A stretch of DNA of 64,000 nt from Eledone cirrhosa (Eukaryota): the NCBI GenBank assembly GCA_964016885.1, contig OZ024759.1:20770001-20834000 (forward strand), written 5' to 3'. Position 1 is the first letter of the stretch. Each line of letters starts with the position of its first letter. Shown piece by piece: positions 39,346 to 52,765 of the stretch. Below the pieces are notes generated by a model. The model had not been told where the DNA came from, searched no databases, and saw only the letters and a program-made list of their open reading frames with translations. A program made the position numbers and the translations under genes.

Positions 39346-39884
39346 TACATATAAATATACAAACACACACACACACATTTGTACATATAAATATACAAAC
39401 ACACACATACACACATACACACACACATACGTATACGTATATATTTGTGTGTATATATACACACAAGCATACACATCTGTGCACTTAAACACACGTACAC
39501 ACGCGCGTACACATTTGTGCACATACACACATTTGTACACATACACACACATTTGTGCACAAACGTCACGTATATGTAAGTCTCTATAGAACATAGACAT
39601 ACACACTCATATACAGATCTACACACATTTGTGCACTCACGCATCATATACACACATGCACACACACACACACGCACATTTATGCACACTCTCGGACACA
39701 TAGATACATACGCACACTCTCATACATAATCACAGACACATCCGTACACAGACACATACATGTACACACACGTACACACACACACTTAGAGATAACAGTC
39801 AATGGTGCTGTCCGACTAGCTGTAAAGTGGAGCCAACCTCATCAATGGCAGCAGCAACAACAACAACAATGGCAGCTACAACAA

Positions 39885-40062
39885 TAATTGTTTCTACTTT
39901 TGGCACAAGGCCAGCAATTATTCCAGTACATTATTTTATCGACCCCGTAAGGATGTAAGGCAAAGTTAACCTCGGCGGGATTTGAACTCAGATCATAAAG
40001 GGCTTTGACGCATGCTTCAAAGCATGGCGTCCGACCCTCTACCGATACTGCCAATCCACCGC
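39885..40062 (-). mobile_element. SINE family A
   Basis: Reverse complement of head, B box, core and tail. Confidence 0.88.
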
Positions 40063-42545
40063 TACAGCCACAACAACAACAGCAACAGCTGCAAAAACAA
40101 CAACAACAGCAGCAATAAAAGCAACATATACAGCAATAACAGCAACAGCAGCAATAACAGCAACAGATGCAGCAATAACAGCAACAGATGCAGCAATAAC
40201 AGCAACAGATGCAGCAATAACAGCAACAGATACAGCAATAACAGCAACAGATACAGCAATAACAGCAACAGATGCAGCAATAACAGCAACAGATGCAACA
40301 ACAACAGCAATAACAGCAACAGCAGCAATAACAGCAACAGATATAGCAATAACAGCAACAGATATAGCAATAACAGCAACAGATATAGCAATAACAGCAA
40401 CAGATACAACAACAACAACAACAATAACAGCAACAGATATAGCAATAACAGCAACAGCAATAACAGCAACAGCAGCAATAAAAGCAACAGATACAACAAC
40501 AGCAATAACAGCAACAGCAGCAATAAAAGCAACAGATACAACAACAGCAATAACAGCAACAGCAGCAATAAAAGCAACAGATACAACAACAGCAATAACA
40601 GCAACAGATAAAACAACAACAGATACAACAACAGCAACAGATACAGCAATAACAGCAACAGATACAACAATAACAGCAATAACAGCAACAACAACAGCAA
40701 CAGATACAACAGCAATAACAGCAACAGATACAACAGCAATAACAGCAACAACAACAGCAACAGATACAACAGCAATAACAGCAACACCAACAACAGATAC
40801 AACAACAGCAATAACAGCAACAACAACAACAGCAACAGATACAACAGCAATAACAGCAACAACAACAACAGCAATAACAGCAACAGATACAACAACAACA
40901 GCAACAGATACAACAGCAACAGATACAACAGCAACAGATACAGCAATAACAGCAACAGATACAACAGATACAACAGTAACAGCAACAACAGCGACGACTG
41001 TGACAACAACAGCAACAACGACTGTGACAACGACCGTGACAACAACAGCAGCAACAATAACGACTGACAACAACAACGACTGTGACAACAACAACAACGA
41101 CTGTGACAACAACAACAATAACGACTGTGACAACAACAACAACAACTGTGACAACAGCAACAATAACGACTGTGACAACAACAACTGTGACAACAACAAC
41201 TGTGACAACAACTGTGACAACAGCAACAATAACGACATTGACAACTACGACAATGATTACAAGAAGAATAATTACAAGGAAAACAACAGATGCATCAGCA
41301 ACAACAGATGCAACAACAACAACAACAACAGACGGAACATCAATTTCAATAACAACACAACCACAACAACATGTACAACAATAACAACAACCACCACAAC
41401 AGATGCAACAACAACAACAGACGGAACATCAATTTCAATAACAACACAACCACAACATCAATCACAGCAACATGTACAACAACAACAACCACAACAACAT
41501 GTACAATAACAACAACCACCACCACCACAACAGATGCAACAACCACAACCTTCACAATAACAACAATAACAGCAGCATCAAGAGCAGATGCAACAACAAA
41601 AACAACAACAACCACAACATCATCATCAATCACTGCAACAGGTGCAACAATAACAACCACCACCACAACAACAATAACAACAACAATCACCAGCACCACA
41701 ACAACAACAATAACAACAACCACAACCAGCACCACAACAACAACAATAACAACCACCACCACAACCACAGCAACAATAACAACAACCACAACCAGCACCA
41801 CAACAGCAACAATAACAACAACCGCAACAATAACAACCACAACCAGCACCACAACAATAACAACAACCACCAGCACCACAACAACAACAATAGCAACAAC
41901 CACAACCAGCACCACAACAACAACAATAACAACCACAACCAGCACCACAACAACAACAACCACCACAACCAGCACCACAACAATAACAACAACCAGCACC
42001 ACAACAACAACAACCACAACCAGCACCACAACAACAACCACAACCAGCACCACAACAACAACAATAATAACAACCACAACCAGCACCACAACAATAACAA
42101 CAACCACCAGCACCACAACAATAACAACAACCACCAGCACCACAACAATAACAACCACAGCCAGCACAATAACAACAACCACAACCAGCACCACCACAAT
42201 AACCACAACCAACACCACAACAATAACAACAAAAATAACAACCACAACTAGCACCAGCACAACAACAACAACAATAACAACCACAACCAGCACAACAACA
42301 ACAACAACAACCACAACCAGCACAACAACAATAACAACAACCACGACCAGCACCACAACAATAACAACAACCACCACCAACACAACAATAACAACAACCA
42401 CAACCACCAACACAACAATAACCAACACAACAACAATAACAACAACCACCACCACAACAACAACAACAATAACAACCACCACCACAACACAATAACAATA
42501 ACAATAACAACAACCACAACCAGCACCACAACAAGTACAATAACA
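40063..42545. repeat. 2.5-kb compound (CAA/CAG/CAC/TAA)n trinucleotide array
   Basis: Sub-domains agcaataacagcaacagat, then gactgtgacaac, then accacaaccagc. Confidence 0.92.
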
Positions 42546-42789
42546 TTGAACCAAACTGAGGAGAAGTATATTATTAAACAAGCTAGTGACAGAGATTCTA
42601 CGTTGGCGCTTCTCCGGCATTTTGTTTACCAAGAATCACTTTTATTTCTCATGAAACAGACTGACTTGGATTTTGAAATAGTTTTGAAAATACTCAAGAA
42701 TTTATCCAGATTTCGTACTATAACTATAACTAACTTTCTCAATAGTTTATAACTTTGCCTATTAATACGTATGATGAGCAAATGGGGTC

Positions 42790-43072
42790 CCATGTGCTGG
42801 CCTCCCCACAGCCCCGGCGGACAGGATGGAGAAGGCGTTTCCCCGGAGGATGGTAAGGGAGATGCGCCGGAAGAGCCATTCCAACTCGCGAAGCTCACAC
42901 CTGCGGCTGGCCAGCTCAGCGCCTTTGGTGGTGCGTAGGGAGGTAGCCGTAGGGCCGAGGACACCAGAAGTTTCCACTGCCAAGGGCACGACCCCGAACC
43001 TACCGGACCGGAGAGCGACCGGTACTTGGAGAGTTTGGCCTCCTTAGCCGGAGGTGGAGCAATACCTGGTTA
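42790..43072 (-). mobile_element. CRE-clade-like non-LTR retrotransposon 3' fragment (restriction-like endonuclease end)
   Basis: Minus strand AKEAKLSKYRSL (frameshift) VVPLAVETSGVLGP...RELEWLFRRISLTILRGNAFSIL. GC-rich island in AT-rich DNA. Confidence 0.75.
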
Positions 43073-43411
43073 GTCACAGACTGCACCAGGTTGCGGCTGG
43101 AATCGAACCCATGACATTATGATCGTAAATCCAACATGGCTACATGTTAGCCAGTAATGTGATTTCAAAGCCGAAAAAGCTGAACAAAAATAGATACAAT
43201 CAACCCCTACGAGCTTCAATACAGTTTCCCTCTACCCAATTTCATTTAACAAGCCTTAGGGATCGAACCTGTGACCTCATAATTGCAAGGTACACTTAGT
43301 CATGCCTATGTCTGCAGACAAATACTAACCCCCGCCACCCATAAACAATAAGATATTCACAAATAAAATTGCGTGAGAGAATATACATGTATAAACTGCA
43401 TACACACACAC

Positions 43412-43450
<39 letters not shown>

Positions 43451-43463
43451 TATATACATATAT

Positions 43464-43522
<59 letters not shown>

Positions 43523-43526
<4 letters not shown>

Positions 43527-43844
43527 TGCTTTGGGAGGGTCATGTTGCCAATAAGAAACACACGCACCAGTTGTTTCACTACAATTTATTATAAATTAAA
43601 TTTGTCACAGAATGTGTGACGAAAGAACTTTGACAATATATGAACAATCGTCTGGTTGTGGAACCAACCAGCCAACCGGAAATTTATAAATTCCTAAATT
43701 TATAAGTTTAATTTATAATAAATTGAAGTGAAAGCAACTGGTGCGTGTGTTTCTTATTGGCAACATGACCCTCCCAAAGTATAACAATATCGGTTTCAAC
43801 ACACGTTTTCAGATAAAGAATCTTGCTAAACAAATTCAGAAACG

Positions 43845-43848
<4 letters not shown>
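43523..43848. mobile_element. PLE-type fold-back cassette family P4, between (TA)n
   Basis: Inverted arms ~43523-43600 and ~43706-43785; HHR 3' half gtgac GAAA gaactt tgac. Confidence 0.8.
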
Positions 43849-43901
<53 letters not shown>

Positions 43902-44214
43902 CACGATGGTCCAGGTAACTGTCAAACATTTCCCTGAGTAGGTTTTTTTCGTTGTTCTGGTCCGAGCGGCTCGCATTCGGTCACTTGCTTCAATTTGCAC
44001 AGCTGTCTAAATGTAATGTTATAACTCTAAAGTAAAATTCCTTATTGAGTGCTTTTGGCTGCACTTCCCGACAGCATTCGTTAGCTTGCCCGTAACCAGA
44101 GCTTCCATTATGCTGTACCACCTTCTTGTATATATATAACTAATAAGCTCTGTAACCTACAGAGAGCACTCTTTTTTCCTGTACCTTTCCGACGGAATTA
44201 CTTCATTCACGCAC

Positions 44215-44331
<117 letters not shown>

Positions 44332-44659
44332 TTTACACCATTTGTTTCGGCTCTGAGTTTAAATCCCGCCGAGGTCAACTTTACCTTTCAGCCAATTTAA
44401 GTCGATAAAAAAAAAGTACCAGTCAATTATCCCTCTATATGTTTTTCTCGCTTCCTTTCTTTCACACTCTCTTTCCTTCTCCGGAAGAAATTTCCTCAGG
44501 TCTGGTGAGTGGGTGGGCTCCGCCAGATTTAAACATACACCTAACAAACATCGTATGTTAATATGGCCCCATTACGACTCCCGACCGAATTTGCGAGTCC
44601 ATATCATACTATATATACTTAGGAATGTGTAAAATGTATCTTGAAGGGAGCACAGAATA

Positions 44660-44915
44660 AACGAGTCTTATACGGCGACCTGAGACAGATTTCAGATGCC
44701 ATAAAGGCTAGACGACTTGGTCCCCTAGGTCACATATGGTAAAGAGATTAGGCAGAGGCATTGCACTAGTTACTGCTATGGGAACCCACACATGGTAGAA
44801 GAAAAAGGTGCCCCACGCTACCTGTCTGGAGAGGGTTTGTAAAGACACGAATCTTTGAAAGATTGAACTCGCGGGAACTCTGTTGGATAGGGACAATTGG
44901 GGAAGTGTAATTACC
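44660..44915 (+). mobile_element. RTE-clade LINE 3' fragment, decayed
   Basis: LYGDLRQISDAIKARRLGPLGHIW*RD*AEALH*LLLWEPTHGRRKR...DRDNW. Confidence 0.72.
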
Positions 44916-44976
44916 AACGTTGTCCCAGGGGGAAACTTGATATGATTATATATATATATATATATATATATGATGG

Positions 44977-45162
44977 GGCGGTGGATTAGCAGTATCGATA
45001 GAGGGTCGGACGCCATGCTTTGACGCATAGTTATGGCCCTTTCCATTCTGAGTTCAAATCCCGCCGAGGTTAACTTTGCCTTTCATGCTTACGGGGTCGA
45101 TAAAATGAAGTACACATAATGCACTGAGTAATTGCTGACCTTGTGCCAAAAGTAGAAACAAT
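44977..45162 (+). mobile_element. SINE family A, full length
   Basis: Head, B box, core, tail. Confidence 0.88.
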
Positions 45163-45200
45163 TATATATATATAATTGTTTCTATATATATATATATATA

Positions 45201-45545
45201 GTTATACTTTGGGAGGGTCATGCTGCCAATAAAAACACACGCACCTTTGGTTTTCACTTCGATTTATTATAAGTTTCCGGTTGGTTGGTTGATTCGATAA
45301 CCGGGTGGTTGTTTATATATTGTCAAACTTAGTCATTGAGGAGGTCACAGAATGTATGACGAAAGAGCTTTGACAATATATAAACAACCAGCCAACCAAC
45401 CAACCGGAAATTTATAATGAATTGAAGTGAGAACCAACAGGTTCATGTGTTTTTTATTGGCAGCATGACCCGCCCAAAGTATAACAATATCTGTTTTAAC
45501 ACGTTTTTAAATAAGAAATCTTGCAGAACAAATTCAAAAACGAAG
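45201..45545. mobile_element. Family P4 fold-back cassette with a degenerate type I HHR (45332-45374)
   Basis: Arms 45201-45326 and 45370-45485; gtca UUGAGGA g gtca...tgac GAAA gagctt tgac. Confidence 0.8.
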
Positions 45546-45562
45546 TATATATATATATATAT

Positions 45563-45754
45563 ATAACGAAGGAAATGTGGTAAGGAACCAGATGGACCAT
45601 AACGCACCAAAGTACTCAATACTTAGGGTAATAGGAACAAGTAGGACCCCGACGGCTGAGCTCAAGCCGTTTCGACTGCTAATTCTGACGGCTAATTTAG
45701 TCCAGAATTAGCCGTCGAAACGGCTTGAGCTCAGCCGTCGGGGTCCTACTTGTT

Positions 45755-45759
<5 letters not shown>
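45563..45759. mobile_element. Family P3 fold-back cassette (tail on the left, palindrome 45631-45759)
   Basis: Nearly identical to 28886-29091 in the opposite orientation. Confidence 0.85.
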
Positions 45760-45804
<45 letters not shown>

Positions 45805-46522
45805 TACAAGAAAGCATAGCTCTCCACTAACTCGAGCAAACGTGACCCATAAACCTACATTCTACCAGACTCCCACTACACAAAACCATGCACAAACTGG
45901 CAAAACAGCCACCAAACTGCACCAAATGCTGGTATGGGTATGTATGTATGTATGTATGTTTGTATGAGTGTATATGTATGTATATATGTATATACGTATG
46001 TATGTGTATGTGTACGTTATTCTGGTATATATGTTTTTTTTTATTTTTCACCAATAACGTGAGAGATCCGGTTTCTAACCCCAAAACAAGGAGCTCTTTC
46101 ATTGGCATAAACACAACATCAATTAGATGATTAAATGTGTGTATGTTTATGACTCTCTCCCTGTCTCTCTCCCCCTCTCTTTCTCTCTCCTCTCTCTCTT
46201 TCTCTCTCCTCTCTCTCTTTCTCTCTCCTCTCTCTCTCTTTCTCTCTCCCCTCCTCTTTCTCTCTCCTCTCTCTCCCTTTCTCTCTCCCCTCCTCTTTCT
46301 CTCTCCCCTCTCTTTCTCTCTCCCCTCTCTCTCCCCTCTCTCTTTCTCTCTCCCCTCTCTCTTTCTCTCTCCCCTCTCTCTCCCCTCATCCCCCATTCTC
46401 TCTCTCTCTGTGGTTGTCATTACATGAGTGAATCTGTATGCTCTGAGCTATATGTGTACATAGATAGGTTTCTATACACCTGTGTATATACAGCTATTAC
46501 ATGTATGAATGTGTATGTATGT

Positions 46523-46564
<42 letters not shown>

Positions 46565-46885
46565 ATGGACGTGTGTGTGTTTTGTGTCGATTAATTTCGA
46601 GTTTATTTTTGACCGACCACCTTCCTAGCGGCAAGGTTGTAAAGAAAAAGAAATTTCCGCTGTTCCTGTTGCAATCGTTATATGTAAAAATGTTTCACAA
46701 ATTTTAAAGCTTCCAGATATCATGGCTATTTGTAGTTTATGAATTAAGGAGCTGTGTTTTTCTCCAAGACCCCACATTTAGTTATACTTTGATCCAGGCT
46801 GGTTGGTATATATCCTTTTGTTCCCAAAATAATAATAGGTATGAAACTGAACGTTTATTTTGGGTACAGGATCTGCAAACTCATT

Positions 46886-46994
46886 AATTGTTTCTACTTT
46901 TGGCACAAGGCCAGCAATTACCCAGTGTATTACTGGTACTTTATTTTATCGACCCCGTAAGGATGAAAGGCAAAGTTAACCTCGGCGGGATTTG
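46886..46994 (-). mobile_element. SINE family A 3' half
   Basis: Reverse complement of core and tail. Confidence 0.88.
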
Positions 46995-47057
46995 CAAACT
47001 CATTAATGGTCCGTAGATATCAGATCGTATGTATGTTCTGGTTTTATAATGTCACAA

Positions 47058-47230
47058 ATGTTTACCAATGTAGAGAGAGTCGGTTTCTAACATAGACACA
47101 AGACTCTCGCATTGGAATTTACACAACATCAACTAGGTAGATATGTATGCATGTATGGATGTTATTGTATGTGTGGCGGTATATGTTTTGAGTTGTATGT
47201 GTGCATGTGTATATGCTTTATATCTGTATG
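47058..47230 (-). mobile_element. 3' UTR remnant of the R4/Dong-type family (also ~46045-46130)
   Basis: ggtttctaacatagacacaagactctc...ttggaatttacacaacatcaactaggtagat matches 53440-53500. Confidence 0.75.
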
Positions 47231-47251
47231 TGTGTATGTATGTATGTATGT

Positions 47252-47520
47252 AAACCAGTGAACTATGTTCTCCACGGTATTGTGAAGGTTCACAGGCAAC
47301 CTGATGCAAGACCTGAGGCCAGGGAGATCCATAGTTGTCGTCAGTGTGTGAAGGAGTGCAAGTCTCTAGCAGGTTTGAAAAGCCATATTCGAGCGTCACA
47401 CATCTGAACCTGACAAGCGATTGCAATACTCTTAGCAGAGTTTGCAGCCATCATGTATGTATGTATGTATGTATGTTCTAAGAAATGGCCATACTCGGAT
47501 ACGAGTTGGCTTCTACAATG
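47252..47520 (+). mobile_element. LINE 3' end encoding a C2H2 zinc finger (RTE-like), with (TATG)n tail
   Basis: CRQCVKECKSLAGLKSHIRASH*; tail ggccatactcggatacgagttggc matches 54737-54765. Confidence 0.68.
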
Positions 47521-47599
47521 TATGTATGGTTGTATGTACGTGTACGTATAGGTGTATATGTGAAGATATATATATAAATATATACGTATATATATGCAA

Positions 47600-49200
47600 A
47601 AGCTGGACACTGGAAACCACCGAGGTTAACAAACTGATGTAGTTTGAGAAAACATGCTAGAGGCGTGTTATGCGTATCAGTTGAAGGACCCAAAGTCTAA
47701 AGACTTGGTCTTGGAGGAGATGGGAACAGAGCAGCAGATGGCCACAGCCAAGGGGAAGGCAAAAACTGCAGTACTTTGACCATGTCATCAAAGCCCCAAA
47801 CCTCTGTACCTTGACCATGTCATCAAAGCCCAAAACCTCTGTACCTTGACCATGTCATCAAAGCCCAGAACCTCTGTACTTTGACCATGTCATCAAAGCC
47901 CAGAACCTCTGTACCTTGACCATGTCATCAAAGCCCAGAACCTCTGTACCTTGACCATGTCATCAAAGCCCAAAACCTCTGTACCTTGACCATGTCATCA
48001 AAGCCCAGAACCTCTGTACCTTGACCATGTCATCAAAGCCCAAAACCTCTGTACCTTGACCATGTCATCAAAGCCCAGAACCTCTGTACCTTGACCATGT
48101 CATCAAAGCCCAGAACCTCTGTACCTTGACCATGTCATCAAAGCCCAAAACCTCTGTACCTTGACCATGTCATCAAAGCCCAAAACCTCTGTACCTTGAC
48201 CATGTCATCAAAGCCCAGAACCTCTGTACCTTGACCATGTCATCAAAGCCCAAAACCTCTGTACCTTGACCATGTCATCAAAGCCCAAAACCTCTGTACC
48301 TTGACCATGTCATCAAAGCCCAAAACCTCTGTACCTTGACCATGTCATCAAAGCCCAGAACCTCTGTACCTTGACCATGTCATCAAAGCCCAAAACCTCT
48401 GTACCTTGACCATGTCATCAAAGCCCAAAACCTCTGTACCTTGACCATGTCATCAAAGCCCAGAACCTCTGTACCTTGACCATGTCATCAAAGCCCAAAA
48501 CCTCTGTACCTTGACCATGTCATCAAAGCCCAGAACCTCTGTACCTTGACCATGTCATCAAAGCCCAGAACCTCTGTACCTTGACCATGTCATCAAAGCC
48601 CAAAACCTCTGTACCTTGACCATGTCATCAAAGCCCAAAACCTCTGTACCTTGACCATGTCATCAAAGCCCAGAACCTCTGTACCTTGACCATGTCATCA
48701 AAGCCCAAAACCTCTGTACCTTGACCATGTCATCAAAGCCCAAAACCTCTGTACCTTGACCATGTCATCAAAGCCCAGAACCTCTGTACCTTGACCATGT
48801 CATCAAAGCCCAAAACCTCTGTACCTTGACCATGTCATCAAAGCCCAAAACCTCTGTACCTTGACCATGTCATCAAAGCCCAGAACCTCTGTACCTTGAC
48901 CATGTCATCAAAGCCCAGAACCTCTGTACCTTGACCATGTCATCAAAGCCCAAAACCTCTGTACCTTGACCATGTCATCAAAGCCCAAAACCTCTGTACC
49001 AATATCCTGGAAGGACGCATCGATGGTAGAAGATCGAAAGGGACACCAAGAAGATGCGAGAGTGATGATACCAGGGAATGGACAGGAAGAACAAGGACGG
49101 CGTGCAAGGTCTTGGAAAGGCAGAGGAGCCAGTATATAACATTGGTGTAATAATCCATGGTCCCCAACCTCCAGTAAAGAGGATGGGGCCGTGGTAAGAG
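47600..49200 (+). mobile_element. RTE-clade LINE 3' fragment interrupted by its own 35-bp expansion
   Basis: SWTLETTEVNKLM*FEKTC*RRVMRIS...KLQYFDHVIKAQNLCTNILEGRIDGRRSKGTPRR. Confidence 0.8.
47776..49000. repeat. 35-bp minisatellite, 35 units (ttgaccatgtcatcaaagccca[a/g]aacctctgtacc)
   Basis: 1225 bp / 35 = 35 units, almost invariant apart from one A/G site. Confidence 0.97.
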
Positions 49201-50153
49201 AGAGGATCCCCCCAGGAGGAGCATTGGTGCAACTCTCTATGGTCCCTGACCCTCAGTAATGAAGATGGGGTCCGTGTGAAGGAAAGCAGCCAGCCGAGAA
49301 CATTGGTGTAATAATCCATGGTCCCCAACCTGCAGTAAAGAGGATGGGGCCGTAGTAAGAGAGAGGATCCCCCCAGGAGGAGCATTGGTGCAACTCTCTA
49401 TGGTCCCTGACCCTCAGTAATGAAGATGGGGTCCGTGTGAAGGAAAGCAGCCAGCCGAGAACATTGGTGTAATAATCCATGGTCCCCAACCTGCAGTAAA
49501 GAGGATGGGGCCGTAGTAAGAGAGAGGATCCCCCCAGGAGGAGCATTGGTGCAACTCTCTATGGTCCCTGACCCTCAGTAATGAAGATGGGGTCCGTGTG
49601 AAGGAAAGCAGCCAGCCGAGAACATTGGTGCAACTGTCTATGGTGTCAGACCATCAGTAATGAGGATGGGGCCTAGGTGAGAGAGGACCTCCCTCCAGGA
49701 GGAGCATTGGTGTAACTCTCTATGGTCCCTGACCCTCAGTAATGAAGATGGGGTCCGTGTGAAGGAAAGCAGCCAGCCGAGAACATTGGTGCAACTGTCT
49801 ATGGTGTCAGACCATCAGTAATGAGGATGGGGCCTAGGTGAGAGAGGACCTCCCTCCAGGAGGAGCATTGGTGTAACTCTCTATGGTCCCTGACCCTCAG
49901 TAATGAAGATGGGGTCCGTGTGAAGGAAAGCAGCCAGCCGAGAACATTGGTGCAACTGTCTATGGTGTCAGACCATCAGTAATGAGGATGGGGCCTAGGT
50001 GAGAGAGGACCTCCCTCCAGGAGGAGCATTGGTGCAACTCTCTATGGTCCCTGACCATCAGTAATGAAGATGGGGTCCGTGTGAAGGAAAGCAGCCAGCC
50101 GAGAACATTGGTGCAACTGTCTATGGTCTCAGACGATCAGTAATGAGGATGGG
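49138..50153. repeat. 161-bp higher-order repeat of two related ~80-bp monomers, about 6.3 units
   Basis: aacattggtg at 49138, 49299, 49460, 49621, 49782, 49943 and 50104. Confidence 0.95.
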
Positions 50154-50477
50154 AAGAGAAGAATAAAGAAGTCACATATTTGATACGTCTATTGAGAAAT
50201 TGTCTGTATAAGAGTGTTTCAGCCATATGCCTTATATTCTAAACACTCGTACAATTCTGTTTTGATATCGTTCAAGATATCTCACGACGTATCACACCTT
50301 AAGGTAGTCTGTATGTATATATATATATATATATACACTTAGGTGTAGTCCAGTTAGGGTACTCCGAGTAGTGGATTGTACCAACGCTTGGCTAATTTTG
50401 ACTCAACATGGTGTTTCCATAGTGATGCTGCGAGTACGCGGTGATTTTTATGTTGTTTACACTTGGAGTAATGATAA

Positions 50478-51341
50478 ATCAAGAAAGAAGAGTGACACGG
50501 TTTGCTATACAAAAAAGGTTTTTAATCACTTTGCTGACAATTGTTTCTCTGAACTGGTAGGTCTAGAGATCGCTACCCGCCTGTTTTCGCGTCAATCGAT
50601 CACCAATACATAGTTGTAACCACCTCAAACTGCAACTGTCACCTACCGGATAGGTGCCCATTGGCGAACAGATGCCTTGATTCGAGCCTAGTGTACATGT
50701 GTACGGTCACCTCGGGCAACTCCACTTGGCATTACATTGGATCCACCGCGGGTACTTTTAAAGAAAGATGGTATGTGCACAGACACTCGATGAAGAATCG
50801 TGCACTTATAGGTTCTACAACCCTCGCCAAAAAATCTGGGAACTTAAGGACAATAGCACCAACTACAATATCAACTGGTCGAGGTTGTCGGCCGCAAGGG
50901 CATACAGTACCGGTATGTCCTAGTGTAGGCTCTGTGATCTTGAATTACTGTATATCCTTAGGAATGAGAAAAGGCTACTCAACAACAAGATAGAAAGATC
51001 AATTTTCTGCAGACACAGGATCGCCACTAAATTCACAAGATTTAAGCCACCGTGAATCGAACCAACATAACTTAGCATTCAACATATTATATCCACGCTA
51101 TTACACGGACCACCACAGAACTAGTATACTCATTAAGCAGATTCTAGCCTTCTTAATTCTATACCACAGTAATGTCTTCAAATATCTTATCAACCCATAA
51201 ATATATCTCTTCTCAGCTGTTGTCAACACAACTTCCTCACCCTTGATTCTCAACAGATGAACCTAAATCCAAGTACATTTTCGGAATACTACCACAGTAA
51301 AATATCACCTTCCTCCTGTTGTTATAATTGTAGTCAGCATG

Positions 51342-51427
<86 letters not shown>

Positions 51428-52100
51428 CCTCCTTAACCTCTGTATTAACTTACCTATTATATTGCTACTCTGTTAATGTTATCTTATACATGTATGTTAT
51501 TGATGATGTGAAAGCTAAACAACCCCAGGATTCGAACTAACAATCCCTTCATCTAATATAGACCACATAAATACTGAATCCACTTCACACCACAAAAATT
51601 ACTATCCTCACTACAATGATAAATATTTTATCTGTCAGATAATAAATAATTCTTACGGTCACCAAAAGGAAATGGTACATTGTTGAAAGCACGGCTTACC
51701 TCTACACTATATATAATACACTCCATGACAGCTTTTACATGTCAATTTCATACATCTGCCTCATATCAACTCGTTTTACATGCTAAAGTCTTAAGTATAC
51801 TCTATGTCTTACTTAGATTGATGTTGAGATTATTTCAAATAATTTATTGCTAGCACTGTTAGTATTGTTGTTATTGTTCTGATTGAATGCTACTACTATA
51901 TATAGAAGCCATGCCTGTGTATTCCCTTCATTCTCGCTAGCTCTGATGTATTGACTGGTTACAACTATGTATTGATGATCAATTGACGCGAAAACAGGCG
52001 GGTAGCGATCTCTAGACCTACCAGTTCAGAGAAACAATTGTCAGCAAAGTGATTAAAAACCTTTTTTGTATAGCAAACGGTGTCACTCTTCCTTCTTGAT
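50478..52100 (+). mobile_element. 5'-truncated Penelope-like element (probably Hydra clade) with an inverted 145-bp pLTR
   Basis: 50478-50622 is the reverse complement of 51956-52100. GIY-YIG remnant inside; ends in (TA)n. Confidence 0.85.
50631..51055 (+). pseudogene. GIY-YIG endonuclease domain of the Penelope-like element (one frameshift, one stop)
   Basis: CNCHLPDRCPLANRCLDSSLVYMCTV...HYIGSTAGTFKERWYVH...TTLAK/IWELKD...INW...Y...*CRLCDLELLYIL...LLNNKIE...CRH. Confidence 0.88.
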
Positions 52101-52116
52101 ATATATATATATATAT

Positions 52117-52441
52117 ATGTAAATGAAGTAATTCCGTCGGAAAAGTCCAGGAAAAAAGAGTGCTCTATGTAGATAACAGAGCTTAATAGTTATGTAATAA
52201 ACAACATAAGGCAATTATTCCATTTACCAGTGGTTTCTTAAAAGCAAAAAATGTTGCTTTCAATCATCAGAATGAAAAAATCCTGGTCTATTTATTGAAT
52301 TTGGATTTTAAAAAAAATTTTTTAAATCCAAATTCAATAAACAGACCAGGATTTTTTCATTCTGATGATTGAAAGCAACATTTTTTGCTTTTAAGAAACC
52401 GCTGGTAAATGGAATAATTGCCTTATGTTGTTTATTACATA
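52117..52441. mobile_element. Family P2 fold-back cassette (palindrome 52191-52441) with complete HHR motifs on both strands
   Basis: Near-perfect ~250-bp inverted repeat; tail on the left. Confidence 0.85.
52355..52414 (+). ncRNA. Type I hammerhead ribozyme motif (mirror copy on the minus strand ~52218-52277)
   Basis: Stem I tttcatt/aatggaa; CUGAUGA; stem II ttgaaagcaa/ttgcttttaa; GAAACC gct GGUA. Confidence 0.8.
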
Positions 52442-52544
52442 CATATATATGTATATATATGTGTGTGTGTAAGTATGTATGTATGTCAGAATGGAGGCGG
52501 TAAAATACAGTTAGACCATTGTTCACCAGCGGAACTCGATGCTT

Positions 52545-52647
52545 GGGGTATAGAGTGGGTAATATGAACAATTCTGGACCCCTACGGCTCAGCTCCGGCC
52601 GTTTCAACAGCTAGAGACGGCCGGAGCTCAGCCGTCGGGGTTCCCGA
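52545..52647. mobile_element. Diverged family P3 fold-back remnant
   Basis: cccctacggctcagctccggccgtttc...gagacggccggagctcagccgtcgggg; tagagtgggtaat tail. Confidence 0.7.
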
Positions 52648-52702
52648 AATTTTCATATATATACATATGTATGTTGTGTGTAGTGTGTGAGCGAGCGCGC
52701 TT

Positions 52703-52765
<63 letters not shown>

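Noticed and set aside
40012-42632. Mucin-like Thr-rich or Asn/Ser-rich protein
   Set aside because: Trinucleotide array open in most frames on both strands, starting at a SINE, with no signal peptide or domain.
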